Of a stretch of DNA of 53,635 nt, positions 36,122 to 49,409 are shown one piece after another. The position numbers and the translations under genes are program-made. Source of the stretch: Prorocentrum cordatum. Its lineage: Eukaryota. How positions within the stretch are numbered: the first letter of the stretch is position 1; each line of letters starts with the position of its first letter. The stretch covers positions 62,001 to 115,635 of the forward strand of contig CAUYUJ010000305.1 in NCBI GenBank assembly GCA_963575745.1. Reading direction: 5' to 3'. The notes below the pieces were generated by a model that was not told the origin of the DNA, ran no database searches, and saw only the letters and a list, made by a program, of their open reading frames with translations.

Positions 36122-37860
36122 TGTGACTGTTGGCTTAAAACGACTTCTGCGGCACCCTGTCCGGCACCCGCCCAGACCCCCCTGTGGAGTCATCTGCTGC
36201 TCTCTTTTGACACCACTAGAAACCTATCAGAACAAGCTGTTAGGTAATAAAAAGATTCCCCATATTTTCGCATATTTTCTCGGTTTTTGTCTTCCCCACC
36301 ACTTCCCATATTTTCTTATATTTTCCTGGGAGTCGACGATTAATTGTGTCTGTGTGTTTTTTCCCTCCTGAAATTGGGAGCCCAGGCGTCGTCCTCCCCT
36401 TGGGCCCATTCCCAGGTGGCCTTCGGCTCGAAACCCGGGCCTCCCGCGGCCGCTCGCGACGCTCCGGGCACCCCCCGGGAGCGCTCCCGGTGACTCGCAG
36501 CTGCTGAGAGGCATCCCGGCATCCCGAGGATATGCCGCCGCCGAGCACCGACGAAAACCACCGACCGCCTCGAACCTCGAACCCGAAACGTTCCCCCCAT
36601 CGTGGCCCCCATCCTCCCCCCATCCCTGCCGTCGCTCGCACGTCCCTTTTCCTGTGCACTTTTGCCGGTGTCGTGCGTGCTTTTTGCTCGATGGCCCAGG
36701 ACGGTCCTCCGTGGTTCTCGCCGAGAAAAATGCGCACGTCCGAGCGATGCCAAGCCTCGCTGCCACTGGGAAAGGGGGTCGCACTCTCGCCGGCCCCCGC
36801 CGGCGGAGAACGGGCCAATGCCCAGCGCGCTCTCCGCCGGCGCCGACCCGGGCAACAGAACCAGCGGTGCGGGCTGTGCAGGTCTGCCTCCGCTCGAACT
36901 TGCTCCGACTGCCTTGCGCAGGGACTGCACTGCAGGCGGTGTGCACAGTGGTTTCCTTTGGGTCACGTGTTGAATCATATCTGCATGGCTTTGCACTACG
37001 GTTCTCCTCGCAAGACATATGCACATCATCTCTAGGTCTGGAATCCAAAATTGGTACTGCGTTCTTCTGGCGGACCCGTGGCAGCGATATACGCCAGAAT
37101 AGCACGCAACGCAACACACACACACACAACGAAGCGACAAGGCAAAGCAGACAAAACGACACAGGACACGCCCCTCGGGAGGAACCTCGGGAGGCACCGT
37201 CGGGAGATACCCTCGGAGGCACACAGGAGGCACCCTCGCAGCCCCACATAGAGGCCTCCTAGATGGGGTCCGAGTAGATGGGGTCGGAGGTTCGCGCCGA
37301 ATCGCCGATACATCGGCGACGCATCGGTGATGTATTGGCAATGCACCAGCGACGTATCGTCGACGTCGGCGATGCATCGGCCACGTCGACGTGAAACAAA
37401 TCGAACACCACCTCGAGCCGCATCGCCGATGCATCCGCGATGCGGAGCGATCCTTCGACCCCATATACTCGGACTACACATCAGAGGCCAAGACCACAGC
37501 CGCCCCTCAGGAGGCACCCATCGGAGGACCACAGCTTCTGCGTCGGCGGCCTGGCAGGGTGACTGCGCTGGCGAACGGAGCGAAACAGGGCAACGTTCAA
37601 CGAATTCCGCCACTATGCATAGAGGCCTCCTAGATGCAGTCCGAGTAGATGGGGTCGGAAGATCACACCGCATCGCCAACGCATCGCCGATGCATCGCCG
37701 ATTCATCGCCGATGCATCGGCAATGTCGGCGATGCATCGCCGACGTCGGCGTCGAGACCAAGCCGCGTCGGCGATGCATCGGCGAGGCGGCGCGATCCTC
37801 CGACCCCATCTACTCCGACACCCTCTAGGAGGCCTGGAATTCAGGAGAGGGGGGGGAGCA

Positions 37861-38475
37861 GGACGACGGGGCGACGGCCGAGGCATGGAGGGAGGGAGGG
37901 AGGGAGGGAGGGAGACAGGGAGGAGGGAGGGAGGAGGGAGGAGGGAGGAAGAGGAGGAGCAGGAGGAGGAGGAGGCGGAGGAGGAGGAGGAGGAGGAGGA
38001 GGAGGAGGAGGAGGAGGAGGAGGAGGAGGAGGAGGAGGAGGAGGAGGAGGAGGAGGAGGAGTGGAGGAGGAGGAGGAGGGGGAGGAGGGAGAGGAGGAGG
38101 AGGAGGAGGAGGAGGATGAGGGGGAGGAGGAGGAGGAGGAGGAGGAGGAGGAGGAGGAGGAGGAGGAGGAAGAGGAGGAGAAGGAGGAGGGAGAGGAGGA
38201 GGAGGAGGAGGAGGAGGAGGAGGAGGGGGAGGAGGACGACGGGGCGACGGCCGAGGCATGGAGGGAGGGAGGGAGGGAGGGAGGGAGACAGGGAGGAGGG
38301 AGGGAGGAGGGAGGAGGGAGGAAGAGGAGGAGCAGGAGGAGGAGGAGGCGGAGGAGGAGGAGGGGGAGGAGAAGGAGGAGGAGGAGGAGGAGGAGGAGGA
38401 GGAGGAAGAGGAGGAGAAGGAGGAGGAGAAGGAGGAGGAGGAGGAGGAGGAGGAGGGGGAGGAGGAGGAAGAGAG
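37861..38475 (+). repeat. (GAG)n tract with an internal ~370-bp-period duplication
   Basis: ggacgacggggcgacggccgaggcatggaggg... occurs at 37861 and ~38233. Confidence 0.9.
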
Positions 38476-39099
38476 TTCTATTACATTATACATATATGCG
38501 TGGTGACCTGCTGCAAATCACAGAAACCACCACCAGACTTAGGCGGCAATCGTCTCTTCAGTCTGCTGAACACTTCGTTGCCAACTTTTGTAGGAGGCAA
38601 GCTTTCTGACCTCAAATGTCGCGGGTTCTCAACACAATGGCACGCGCAGGTTTCACAAACCAAAACACCCAGCTTGTGCGAAGCGTGGCACAGCTCAGCC
38701 ACTGGATGATCCAGTCCCCCACCCACTCCCGCCTCCCGAGACCCAAGATCATCAGGAGGAGGAAAAGGCCCCCTGCGAGGAGGGACGGGTGCGCTCCTAG
38801 CAGGGAGGGCATGAATTCGCTGATGTATTTCTGCACGGGGTTTACATATACTTGGCCAGAACTCGCAGAAAAGACCTCGACGACTAAACCAGCGACCAAA
38901 GAGGCTGCACCTGAAAGACACCGAGCGGAATACACATTGATGACCATATTCTCTATGCCTGCACAAACGCTCGCCCATGGAACGCGCAGGCTTACGAGTA
39001 CGGCCGACACGCCGCATTTGTTCACGGTCAGTGTGAAACAAAACTTCTCTCTGCACAGCCAGAAGACGGCCCAGAACCTTGAAAGCCCGCTCATCGGCC

Positions 39100-39640
39100 A
39101 TAAGAGTCTGTCGGGCCTGGTCTTCTGTCACCAGGCCAACTTCTGCAGCCTTTCCCGCGAAAGAAATCAGCAGTTCTATTGAAATAGAACTCAGTGTCAC
39201 TCAAAACCATGTGAAAAGCCTGCACCTGGGTGGGAGGACCTTTCGTCCAACGAACCTTAACCGCGCCGCCCCGAGACCCCATAACCACATGGCAATGTTT
39301 CCAAAGATTGAGCATGGCAGACTTACCTCTAGCACGGAGGGGGCCACGAGCACCCTTGACAACAGCCATGTTATCGCAATAAACTCTCACGGTGCCCGTC
39401 GACCGCCTCACCAACTGAAAGAGAACAAACAGTTCAGCGCGGCCAGCAGACTGCCTTGGTTGGCAGCGTACCACTGGCCACGCCGTCAAAAAGGCCAGCA
39501 AGACCTTGGCGGACGATAGCCCAGCCGCATCGCCGCAGACGCCAATCTTGGTGGTATTTGCCCCCGCTTCCATCGATCGCCCGAACACCCCCGGGCACGC
39601 GGGCCCCCGCACCTAAGGCACCCCATTCCCAAGAGAGCCT
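39100..39640 (-). pseudogene. LINE-B RNase H domain
   Basis: QSAGRAELFVL...VRVYCDNMAVVKG...LWKH...VKVRWTKG...NRTAD. Confidence 0.8.
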
Positions 39641-40512
39641 AAGGGCTCAGGGGGGTGCCCAACACTGGCGGATAAGGGCGGCAACCCACGCATCCAGAAA
39701 CAAGAACTGGGATAACTTAAAGCTTCAGCTTCATAGACATTCGATCGGTCGACCGCACTGCCGGAGATATCATCATTGCACCTGCAGCGCTAAAAGCGAC
39801 GAGCAGCAGATTCGGCCTCGCGGCCGCACTTCGGGCAAACGCCATCCGCGGCCGACTCGCAGCCACCCTGCGCAAGACCTTCCTCGGCCCAAAAGCCAGC
39901 ACTCATCACGTTTCGAAGCATGCCAGCGGCCTCATAAGAGCCGTCTTTTTCAAGCTTCCTCAAAAGCGCCCGCGGGGCCGTAAAATCAACGCCCCCTCCT
40001 GATCCTTCATAGAGTTTGGCAGCCCCGCCGCTCCACGACATGTCCCCGCACACCTGCACGAGCGTGAGCCAGAGGGCATGGGGGGGAGCCTGGTCGCTGA
40101 AGCGGATGTGCACTCCATTGGGAAACAGCCGATAGACAGGACTGTGCGGCAAGACGTTCAGGTCGAGCCAAACCGCCACAGTCGCAGCTAAAGGGCCGCG
40201 GACACATTGCCATAGATGTTTGGTCTTGCGGAACTTCTCAACAATGAGCTCCCAACACCGACCAACATCCAACCGTTTAGTATGGTCAAGAGCTTGCCAA
40301 ACATCAGAGAAACTAGCGAGTTGCTCGTAGCGAAACCTAAACTAGGGGTCATCCCTGGCAGCACTGGTCAGACCCAAGACCGTGGTGGCGCAGGCCCCAG
40401 GGGGCCATCTACCACTACACATGGACGCTTGAGCCCTCGCCGACTGGATTTGCCCGGGAGCGAAGCCCAAAACCCGGTGAGACCACGAACCGACAGCGAG
40501 GGCCCCAGGTTT

Positions 40513-41618
40513 CTAAAGTCGTCGGCCACTACCGACGACGCGAGTGAGGTAGGCAACCTTCTTGGCCTTCTTGGCGGCCTGGCTGCGACGCTGCATCATT
40601 TTCACAGTAGATCTCTGTTGTTCTGCCGTGGTCACGACCCCCAGATCTCGAGCCGCAGCCTGGAGCTTGATTGGCAAACCAGTCTCCCTGAAACGCGCGG
40701 CAAGCTCACGACCAAGCTCCGCACGACTGCACACGAAAGCAGACTTGGACGAGATGGTGCAATCAACTCCTTCAAGCTGGTGGGCCAACAACACAGAAGC
40801 AGGGACTAAAGTGTTCAAGACATCCTTCATATGGCCTGCCTGGAACTGGGCGATGACGCCGACGTAAGCGTTCACATTAGCAGGGCGATACTGGATATGC
40901 GCAAGGGCCACGATATCATGCACATGAATATTAACCCGAGACATGGGTCGCATACACCCTGCTAGTATACCTCGCCCAGGAGGGGCGATATCAGAAACGA
41001 AACCACCAACTTCTAACACCCGGGAAGACTCATGAATCATAATCCCGAGGAAAAGGAGGTGGAGCGGGTAACCCATCTGCACAGCAAGCTCGATCAGCCT
41101 GAGCGGCTGGACCGAATCGAACAATCGCTTTAGATCCCAATGGGTGCCGACCGAGCATGGCCCGAGGATGCGGGCAACTTCGGGACCGATCTCACGAAGT
41201 AAAGAAGCCTGGATCGCACTGGATCCTCTCACAGCAGTGCCCACAAAAATGTACCTCTCAGAAGTCCATCTATCCAGATCAGAATTCCTGGACCTACAAT
41301 ACACTCTGTAAACGTCGGACATTTACAGATAGGGCGGTCACGTTCTATATTTTTGGGAAGTGAAGCAATAACACTCAGATACACCTGAGAGGGCCAGGAC
41401 AGAAGAGCTTCACACTGAGTGAGGAGGTGCGCGTACCCCAAAACAGCATCCCGAAGTATATCCACCAGAGCCCTAGGAGCCCAAGGGCCTACACTAACGG
41501 CAATGGAGGCGGAGAGACAGCGAGCCGCCCTCTGGATATCGACGGGATCCAGAGGGTCCAAGGTCTCGATGGATTCAAGGGCTCGGGGTCTGAGCGCATC
41601 CAGCACTCCAGAAATCAA
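40513..41618 (-). pseudogene. LINE-B reverse transcriptase core
   Basis: LPKNIERDRPI, DLKRLFDSV, GRGILAGC, ISSKS, RDLGV across frameshifted ORFs. Confidence 0.85.
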
Positions 41619-42864
41619 ACTACAACCATCAGGGGGCCCTCAAACCTGGCTCCAGAAAGCATGGTGGTAATCCATAAGGTCCCCGGGGAGCTGACGGACA
41701 CCCTTCGGGGTCAACAAAACTTGGGGGGCATTACCAAGGTCATGCTTAAACCAAGCATGCACTTGTTTAGCACCTTTGGGGGGGGCTTTCAGGGGCCAGT
41801 CTTTCATGCGAGCTCTGGGCGAGTTGCGAGCGGCCTTCCAGGCAGCGCGCGCACCAATAGAAATTGCGCCCGTCAGGGCGTCGAGGTCCTTAACCTCAGT
41901 AGGAAGGGATACGAACTGGGAGCGCCACCGACAGATGCCGCACGCATCGTCGGTATAGATGTATTTGTCCAGCTGTGAAGCTAAACATTGGAGGACGCTA
42001 CCTAAGCTCACGACCATCAATGAAGACTTACGTGCCAGGTGAAGTCAGTACTCGTACATTTTCTGCGAAAGCTAGGCCCCAAAGGCACTTGCAGCTTCTT
42101 GTAACCTCTGGCCTGCAGGGCCTCTCCCACCAATACTAGAGCACCGAAGCACAATAAATTCACATCGTTTTGCCCGGCTTTCTTTCTGGCCAACTGCAAC
42201 CACGCGAGACTCAAACATGGCTTCGGTCGCTCTAGACCAGGTACGATAGAGATGTATAAGCCAGTCGTTCAAACTGTCTTGCACATGCGGAACCAATGCA
42301 TTAAAAATGTACTCGGGGACATCCGGCAAAAACTCCTCACGCGCAACATGTGTAGCCGATGCCGGGAAATGCTGAGTCCAGCGCAAGTCAGGTCCAGGAT
42401 ATTCAAGAAAGGGTAAGGGCTTACAACGCTGCCACGTGCACTGCTCAAGAGGCCCATGTTGCATACACACTTTAAGACACATATGCGTCCTGAACGGGCT
42501 CTGCGTATAAGTACTAACATGTATGAAATCAGCCTAGTCATCGGAGGCAAACACGTAGTCAATGAGAGTGCCACGTCCCTGGGTACAAGTTACCTCTACA
42601 TCATCTGGAACAGGACAGCGGGCACGCGCAAGCTTAGCGAAACCAGACAGGTCCCTGTCTTCCACAGGCACATTGAAATCTCCCATCAACAGCCACGGGA
42701 TGACCAGGGCCCCAAGGAACTCAGAAACGGCACGGATCTGCTCGATGTTTTCCCCGGAAAAACCAAGTCAGAAATTACGCTACCGACGAACCCGACATAC
42801 TTATTGTATGTCACGTGCGTTCACAAACCATGCCACATCTCGCTTCGCCATCCTGACGAGAGAT

Positions 42865-43102
42865 TGACCAGACCAGCCAGATCAGGCAGACCAGCCAGAC
42901 TGACCAGACCAGCCAGATCATTCGTTCCAGCCATAACCAGCCAAAGTAATCAAACCAGCCAGCCAGGCCAATCAAGCAGACCAGCCAGACCAACCATATT
43001 AGTCATGCCAACAACCGCAGCCAGAATCAGCCGGACTAACCACACGAGCCAACAAGGCCAACCAAGCACACCAACTAAACCAGACCAACAAGAACAGACC
43101 AG
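42865..43102 (+). repeat. Diverged (CCAGA/CCAG)n low-complexity repeat
   Basis: Directly visible. Confidence 0.75.
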
Positions 43103-43244
43103 GCCGAGGTGTCTACAGTTAACCTTGCTGAGAATACTTCTGCCGCGTACACGCCTGGGGCACCGGTGCATACTGCCCTAGATATAGACTCCAGTGAATG
43201 TCAAGGCTGCTACGCTACCTACGTACCCTCTCTGCTGTCAAGCC

Positions 43245-44070
43245 CCCTGTGGCGTCGAGGAAATGCCACGCCTGCCACGCCCTGGGAGCCTGCAGCGCAC
43301 AGGGCCCCCACCCCCAGCGCACCCCCTGTGGCGTCGAGGAAATGCCACGCCTGCCACGCCCTGGGAGCTTGCAGCGCACCCCTCCGGTGTCGAGAATGTG
43401 CCACGCCTGCTGGGCCCCGTGACATTGGCGCGTATAGCGACCGCGGTGGGCCCCCACCCCCGGCGCACTCCCTGTGGCGTCGAGAAAATGCCACTCCTGC
43501 TAGGCCCTGCGACATTGGCGCGTGCAGAGACCGCGGTGGGCCCCCACCCCCAGCGCACCCCCTTGTGGCGTCGAGAAAGTGCCACGCCTGCTAGGCCCTG
43601 CGAAATTGGCGCGAAAGAGACCGCGGTGGGCCCCCACCCCCAGCGCAGCCCCTTTGGCGTCGAGGGAATGACACTCCTGCTAGGCCCTGCGACATTGGCG
43701 CGTGCAGAGACCGCGGTGACCCCCCCACCCCCAGCGCACCTCCTGCGGCGTCGAGGAAGTGCCACGCCTGCTAGGCCCTGCGACATTGGCGCGTATAGAG
43801 ACCGCGGTGGGCCCCCACCCCCAGCGCACCCCCTGTGGCGTCGAGAAAGTGCCACGCCTGGTGTCGAGAAAGTGCCACCCCTGCCACGCTCTCCGACCCT
43901 GGCACGCATAGAGACCGTGCTGAGGGAACACCCCCTGCGCACCCTCTCTGGTGTCGAGAAAGTGCCACCCCTGCCACGCTCTCCGACCCTGGCACGCATA
44001 GAGACCGCGCTGAGGGACCACCCCCTGCGCACCCTTTCTGGTGTCGAGGAAGTGCCACCCCTGCTACACT
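43245..44070 (+). repeat. ~90-bp tandem array unrelated to the 20-kb array, followed by (GCTGT)n (44100-44275) and a ccccac/gtgggg-aa terminal hairpin (44353-44373)
   Basis: ggcgtcgag motif at ~43477, 43567, 43656, 43747 and 43837. Confidence 0.9.
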
Positions 44071-44629
44071 CTGCCGTGCCGTGCCCTGCGCGCCAGCCCT
44101 GTGTGCTATGCTATGCTGTGCTGTGCTGTGCTGTGCTGCTGTGCGGTGAGCTGTGCTGTGCTGTGCCGTGCTGCGGTGAGCTGTGCTGTTCTGTGCTGTG
44201 CTGAGTTGAGCTGAGGTGAGCTGTGTTCAGCTGTGCCGTGCTGAGCTGAGCTGAGCTGTGCTGAGCAGTGCTGTGAGGAGGAGGAGGGGGAAGAGTGAGG
44301 TGAGTGTCGCGGGTGCGTCGCGGGTGCGGCGCGGCAGGGAAGAAAACAATAACCCCACGAAGCATGTGGGGAATTAGGTATCTCACACCTGCAGCAATAG
44401 CACATTACTTAGTTTTTAACTCTCAAAAATACAAATTGAGGCCGCTGCCTAAATCATGCAGGCTCGAGTCCGATGCTAAACAACAACGAGAACTCATACC
44501 TTTAGAAACCACAGCTCCTCCATGAGTGCCCCCTCCAGGGGGAGGGGAGGGCTGGTTTCAGATGCGGCCTCCAGCCGATCTGAGAAGCATTGCGTGTGGC
44601 GCGCGAGAGGCCCTCCATAATATGATGCT

Positions 44630-45687
44630 CAGCAATGAAGAGGCCGTCGCACAGGGATCTGCTGCAATAGATCCAAAGCCACCTGGTTCCAAGAAGTAGT
44701 AGTGCATAACATCATATCAATAGTCGACAACCTCTTGCGGATCCTCGACACCTCCATCGCGCCGATCTGGTTAAAGATGAAGTCCACCTGACGCTTGTAG
44801 GGGGGCAAACAAACCTACCTCGCGTTTGACCACCCTCGCTTCCAAAAGATACCAAGCGATGCCAAACTACGGCCTGTACTGGTCAGGCCGCTAGACGAGG
44901 AGGCGCGCGGTATGACTTGGTTTTCCCTGGAAGCGAAAGCGGGGTAGGTCATGCACGCTCTGAGCTTGGCCTCCGCCAGCCTGTGCGCGGTGAACATGGG
45001 CAGCAAGTTAAATATGCTGCAATACCCGGTTGAATGAAGCCACTGCACCTTCACGAGCCGTACGTAAACGTTTGGCGGCCTTGATCTGGGATTGCGTATG
45101 TATGGTTTCTCAATATTATCAAGCTCATCATGGGATAATGCGGAATCGATGCTGCACTTCTTGAATGATTCCAAATATTGACGATGCTGCTCTTCACTAC
45201 CGAGGCCCAAAGGAGCTTCAGAAACCGCACCTTGGTCGAGGTGCGTCTTGAACTCCTGGATCTGCTGCCATATCGAAACTCTGGCGATTGGCGGTGCGCC
45301 ACTCCTGCAGCTCATCCTTAGACATGCCGACGAGGTTGGAAGGCTCGGGGGCAGCACCTCCTGGACCTCCAGCATGCCATTCGCCATCGAGTACACCAGC
45401 AGGGGCAGGTGCACCACGTGGGCGCTCAGCAAGGGCACGCCCATCGTCGACATGCATTTCATCAGCGCTACCTTGATCACAATTCCCAGGGCCAGCAGCG
45501 CCAGCGCCTGGGGCAGGGCCACGCGCATCAGCAGCAGCGCGTCGTTCGCGGTCACGAAGCTCACGTTCGGCTTGCTCATCAGCCAATATTTGTCGTCGGG
45601 ATTCAGCAGGGTCGAATGCATCCACCTCCTCGTACGCAACACGATAGGCCGCAGCGGCTTGCTCCAACTGCCCAACAGCTTCTGCAT
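44630..45687 (-). pseudogene. Degenerate intronless coding fragment of unknown identity, starting at the (CCT)n that ends LINE-C
   Basis: Protein-like charged helical frame EAVGQLEQAAAAYRVAYEEVDAFDPAESRRQILADEQAERELRDRERR..., continuing through frameshifts to QEFKTHLDQG... and YLLEARVVKREVGLFAPYKRQVDFIF. Confidence 0.45.
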
Positions 45688-45849
45688 GAGGAGGAGGAGG
45701 AGGAGGAGGAGGAACTCGCACCGGGGGAAGGCTAAGAATGCGATGGCCTGCGCTCGAAACCTCAAGGGCGCGGTCCTGCCTGTCCAGGAAGGGCGACAGG
45801 AGGCGCGCCCAGGAGCACGGACAGGCCGGCGCGCCTCCGCACAACCTGC

Positions 45850-48800
45850 TGAAAACGGGCCTGTGCGATGGCAGTAACGGGTCGAGAGGCGACAGGCCGA
45901 GAGCGAATGGTATGGACGTGATGAAACACGCATCGACATACATCACAATCGAAATCAGGGCCTGGTCAGGCAGTGGGAAAAAGCTTATAAACCTGACGCC
46001 CAGACAAACCATCGGCGAGACAAAACTGGGCAGGGAGATGGGGCAGGAAGATAATAATACAGTCATGCCAAGGGCACTCGAGAACGTGTTTCAGATGGTC
46101 GGCCTCGGGGAGGCCACACATTGGGCAAGCTAGAGTGGCCGACCGAAAGCGTCCTGAGGTGCACCACGCATTGCACACTGTCTTGAAAAAAGACGACAGG
46201 ACTGAGGGCGGAACTTTTTGAGCGGCCCTCAGGAAGGCCACAATAAAACACTTGATACTCCAGGCAGACATGTGCGGGTCGCATTTTCTAGCACGGGCTA
46301 TATAACACAGGCGGTCACGTCTTGGCGGAGGCGTTGACGGAGAGCCAGCTCAGCCTTTTTTCTGGAGGGGGGAAACATATTGGTGCATACCAGGGATAGC
46401 AGTCATCACGTCATAGTTGTTAATCATGGCCTTCAAGATACTTACTTTCCACCAGGGGTGTTCAGTCCATGCATTGCAGCAGTCTTCGTCTTCTTCGAAG
46501 GCGCTCAGGTCGTTACGAATCTCAAAAAAAGTGGGCGAGTAGAACGCGGCACGGCGCATGGCCGCTCGACTGACGAGCGCAAGCGACCGTGCCTCAAGAG
46601 GAAGCCCGAGCTGTTTGAGGCCCATCATCATCTTTGCAGTAATAGCACTATTAGGGCCCATCGTAAGCTTCTGGGGCCCCGACCTCTCCAGCTTCAGGCA
46701 CCTCTGGGTAATTGGCACAAGCTGGCACAGAAAAGTTAGCACCGAGAAAGCGATCATGTTGTACTGCGCGATAGTTTTGGCGAGCCCAAACCCGGCCGTG
46801 AATAAGGTGGATGCGGCGGACGAACTTCTGGAGGGCGGGTTCCCAGGGCGCGTCGATACTCTCGGGGCCAAGACGAACCCCCAGGTATTTCCCATGAGCC
46901 TCGAACTGAAGACCAGGCACGTTCATCCCGAGGGCCCCCAGCGCGGCCAGGAAATCAGCCTGACTCATACCGTGCAGGACCACGACAGTTTTGTCCAGGT
47001 TGACGCACAATCCAAATCCAGGGCCAGCAAGGGCCCACGCGCTCATGCAAAGGAAGAAGGCTTTGACAATGTCTCCTGGCCCGAGGCCGACTTCGTCTGC
47101 AAAGGCTCCCAGGGAATGGACAGGACGCGGCAGCAGTAGGCAGATCCTGCGTAGCACTGGGTCCACGGCCAGCGCAAGGAGAGAGCCGCTGGCAGGACAT
47201 CCTTGCTTGATGCCGCGGGTGAGCCAATAACCTATGTCCCGATGCATACCACGATGCGAAATAGATACCCAACCCCCTCGATATAGACACTTCAAGGCTT
47301 CGATGAGGAAGGTGGGCACTCCCATGGTATCAAGCGTTGCGAACATAGCTTCGTGCAGCAGACTGGGAAACGCGGCGCGTACATCGTAGAATATGAGGCC
47401 GGCCTTTAAACAGTGTCGTTGCACATGCCAATGGAGCGCGCAATACTCGAGCTCCAGAATATTCTCGTTCATAATCCTCCCACCCACGAACCCCCTCTGC
47501 TGTTTGATGCACGTAGATTGACATATGGTACTCAGGGGCTTGTTGAGAGCTAGCGATATCAGCTTATTCGCGGCCTAGTAGCAGAGGGCTTGCGCATGCA
47601 GAGCTGCTCGTCCCCATCCTCTACCCCTTTGGCTAAAAATATACTATATCCATGGTTGAAGTCTCTGTGGCATTCGCCCTGCTCCAGAATATGTAGATAC
47701 AGACGATATAACGCCGACGTCCCCAGAGTCCCAGAGTTGCTCCGTCCGCTAGGCGGGATCCCGTCGGAGCCAGGGGCGCTGTCGTGAGCCTTACCCATCA
47801 TCTTGAAAAGCTCCTCTTCCTCCAGCCTCCACTGAATATTGCCAGGAATCTGGGGGGCATCTGGGAGCAGCTCGTACATTGCCGTGGGTTCAGCATCCAC
47901 GGCTCCGTGCACTTGCCCCCAGTGTCGGGCGAGTTCTTTCGCTCCTTCACGCGGGTCGAAAATTGGCGTCCCGAGCGGGCCCGCAATCGCCTGCAACGAA
48001 ATACTAGCTCCACGAGCTGTCCAGGCAGATCGGTAGGTGTATAACGTGTTGGTCTTTTGTTGTTTCCATGTTTGGGACATGTCTGGGCCATTCTGGACAA
48101 GCTCGATCTGGCCATCGATCTGCTGCCGCTTGAGCGAGGCCAGCAGGTGATGGAAACCGATAGAGTCCGAGAACCGACAGGACTCAACGTCAAAGAACTG
48201 CAGGAGCCTGGGCACGCCTTCACGGCACGCCTCAAGGCAGACTGAGACCCAGATCTTTCGGCCCGCATAGCAGCCAACGCCCGAGACACGTATTCTGGGA
48301 GCGAATGGGCCCCGCGCTGTTCCAAGATGCCCAATGCCTTCCTTGATGCCGCCTGGGTGCCCTCCCTCACTTCCTCCACCGCCTCCATGGGGTTCTCCGA
48401 GAGCGGGGCAGCCCCTTCCAGAATCTCGCCCACGACCTTCGGGAACAAAGGATGCTTGGTGACCCAGGACTTGACCGCGAGGATCCCGTCGGAGCACTTG
48501 GGGGCCAAAACTACATGCACAGGTACATGATCAGAAAGTGTGCTGGGGTCAGCAGGGCGCCCAAGGACGCCCAGGGATGGCGCGAATCGAGCAACACGCC
48601 AGGAGGGATACTCGTATAAATGCGATCCATACGAGCGAGCGACTTGATGGCCGTGCGGCCCTCGACAAATTCCCCCACCCTGTGGGTAAACTGCGGCTGC
48701 TCAACCTCTGTCAAGAACGGAAACACCTCGATAAAGTGCTTGGCCAGCCGGTGAGATGGATGAACCAAGCGGCCTGATGACTGATCGCTGCCTTCACCAG

Positions 48801-48935
48801 CAGCTGGCCTCCTGGATACACACTATATCGCGTTGTTGAACCAACTTGATAACAAACCTGATCTTTGCTTTGTGGGCGTGCTGGGGGGCGACGATGGCAC
48901 CGAGGAGCGAGCGGGCATTCCACGAGACAATTGAG
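45850..48935 (-). pseudogene. LINE-C ORF2 (APE with apparent internal deletion, RT, C-terminal CxxC..H..C), frameshifted
   Basis: IVSWNARSLL, DIVCIQE, RMDRIY, SDHVPV; SAPGSDGIP, FLAKG, YDVRAAFPSL, RGIKQGCPASG, AFADEV, VNLDKT, KYLGV; CPMCG..HLKHVLEC. Confidence 0.9.
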
Positions 48936-49409
48936 AATCGCTAAGCAGGCAGGAAAGGACGGCACTCAGCAGGCAGCGGTGGCCAACTGCCGCCATGGTG
49001 AGAAGATCCCGACGAAGAGGTGCTGGACGAAGAAGGAGGTAGAACTCGCCGATGATGTGCTGAAAGTACTCGAAGAAGTGGAGCTTGTTGAAGAGGCTGT
49101 TGCTCTCCTGCGTTGACGACGCCGCCGTCGAATTCGACCTGGTAGCGCGTCAACATCTCGATGGGGCCCGACAATGTCCTGGTCCGCCGTCGCCAGAGCG
49201 CCCGCGCTCGGCAGGGCGGCGCTGGCGCCCGCACAGCGCTGGACACCCAATCCAGAGACATGGCCAAGATCGACAGATGCTTCCCCTGCCTCAGGTGGTC
49301 GGTACCCTCTGCTGTCGGCTGCGCCCCGCAGCGCGGACAGTGAGCAGTGCGTGCCACCTGGGCTCTCAGCATGCACGTTGGCGAACGATCGAGATGGCGT
49401 GGCCGTCTC

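Larger units (their letters stand above)
35259..36247. mobile_element. Second minisatellite-carrying element (Helentron/DINE-like), inserted into another repeat without an evident TSD
   Basis: Begins ttatcc; subterminal acctaacagc (35275-35284) is the inverse of gctgttaggt (36236-36245); terminal hairpin acctatcag/ctgttaggt-aa; the flanks rejoin to match the uninterrupted copy at 3586-3745. Confidence 0.7.
38476..42860 (-). mobile_element. LINE-B: 5'-truncated, heavily frameshifted non-LTR retrotransposon with APE-RT-RNase H
   Basis: APE (PWLLMGDFN, TLIDYVFAS at ~42550-42720); RT (DLKRLFDSV, RGILAGC, AYVGVI decayed YxDD box, ARDLGV); CPKCG; RNase H (RAEL, VYCDNMAVV, VRWTKG, FNRTAD); Cys/His-rich tail; 3' end abuts sense-strand (CCT)n. 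Confidence 0.88.
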
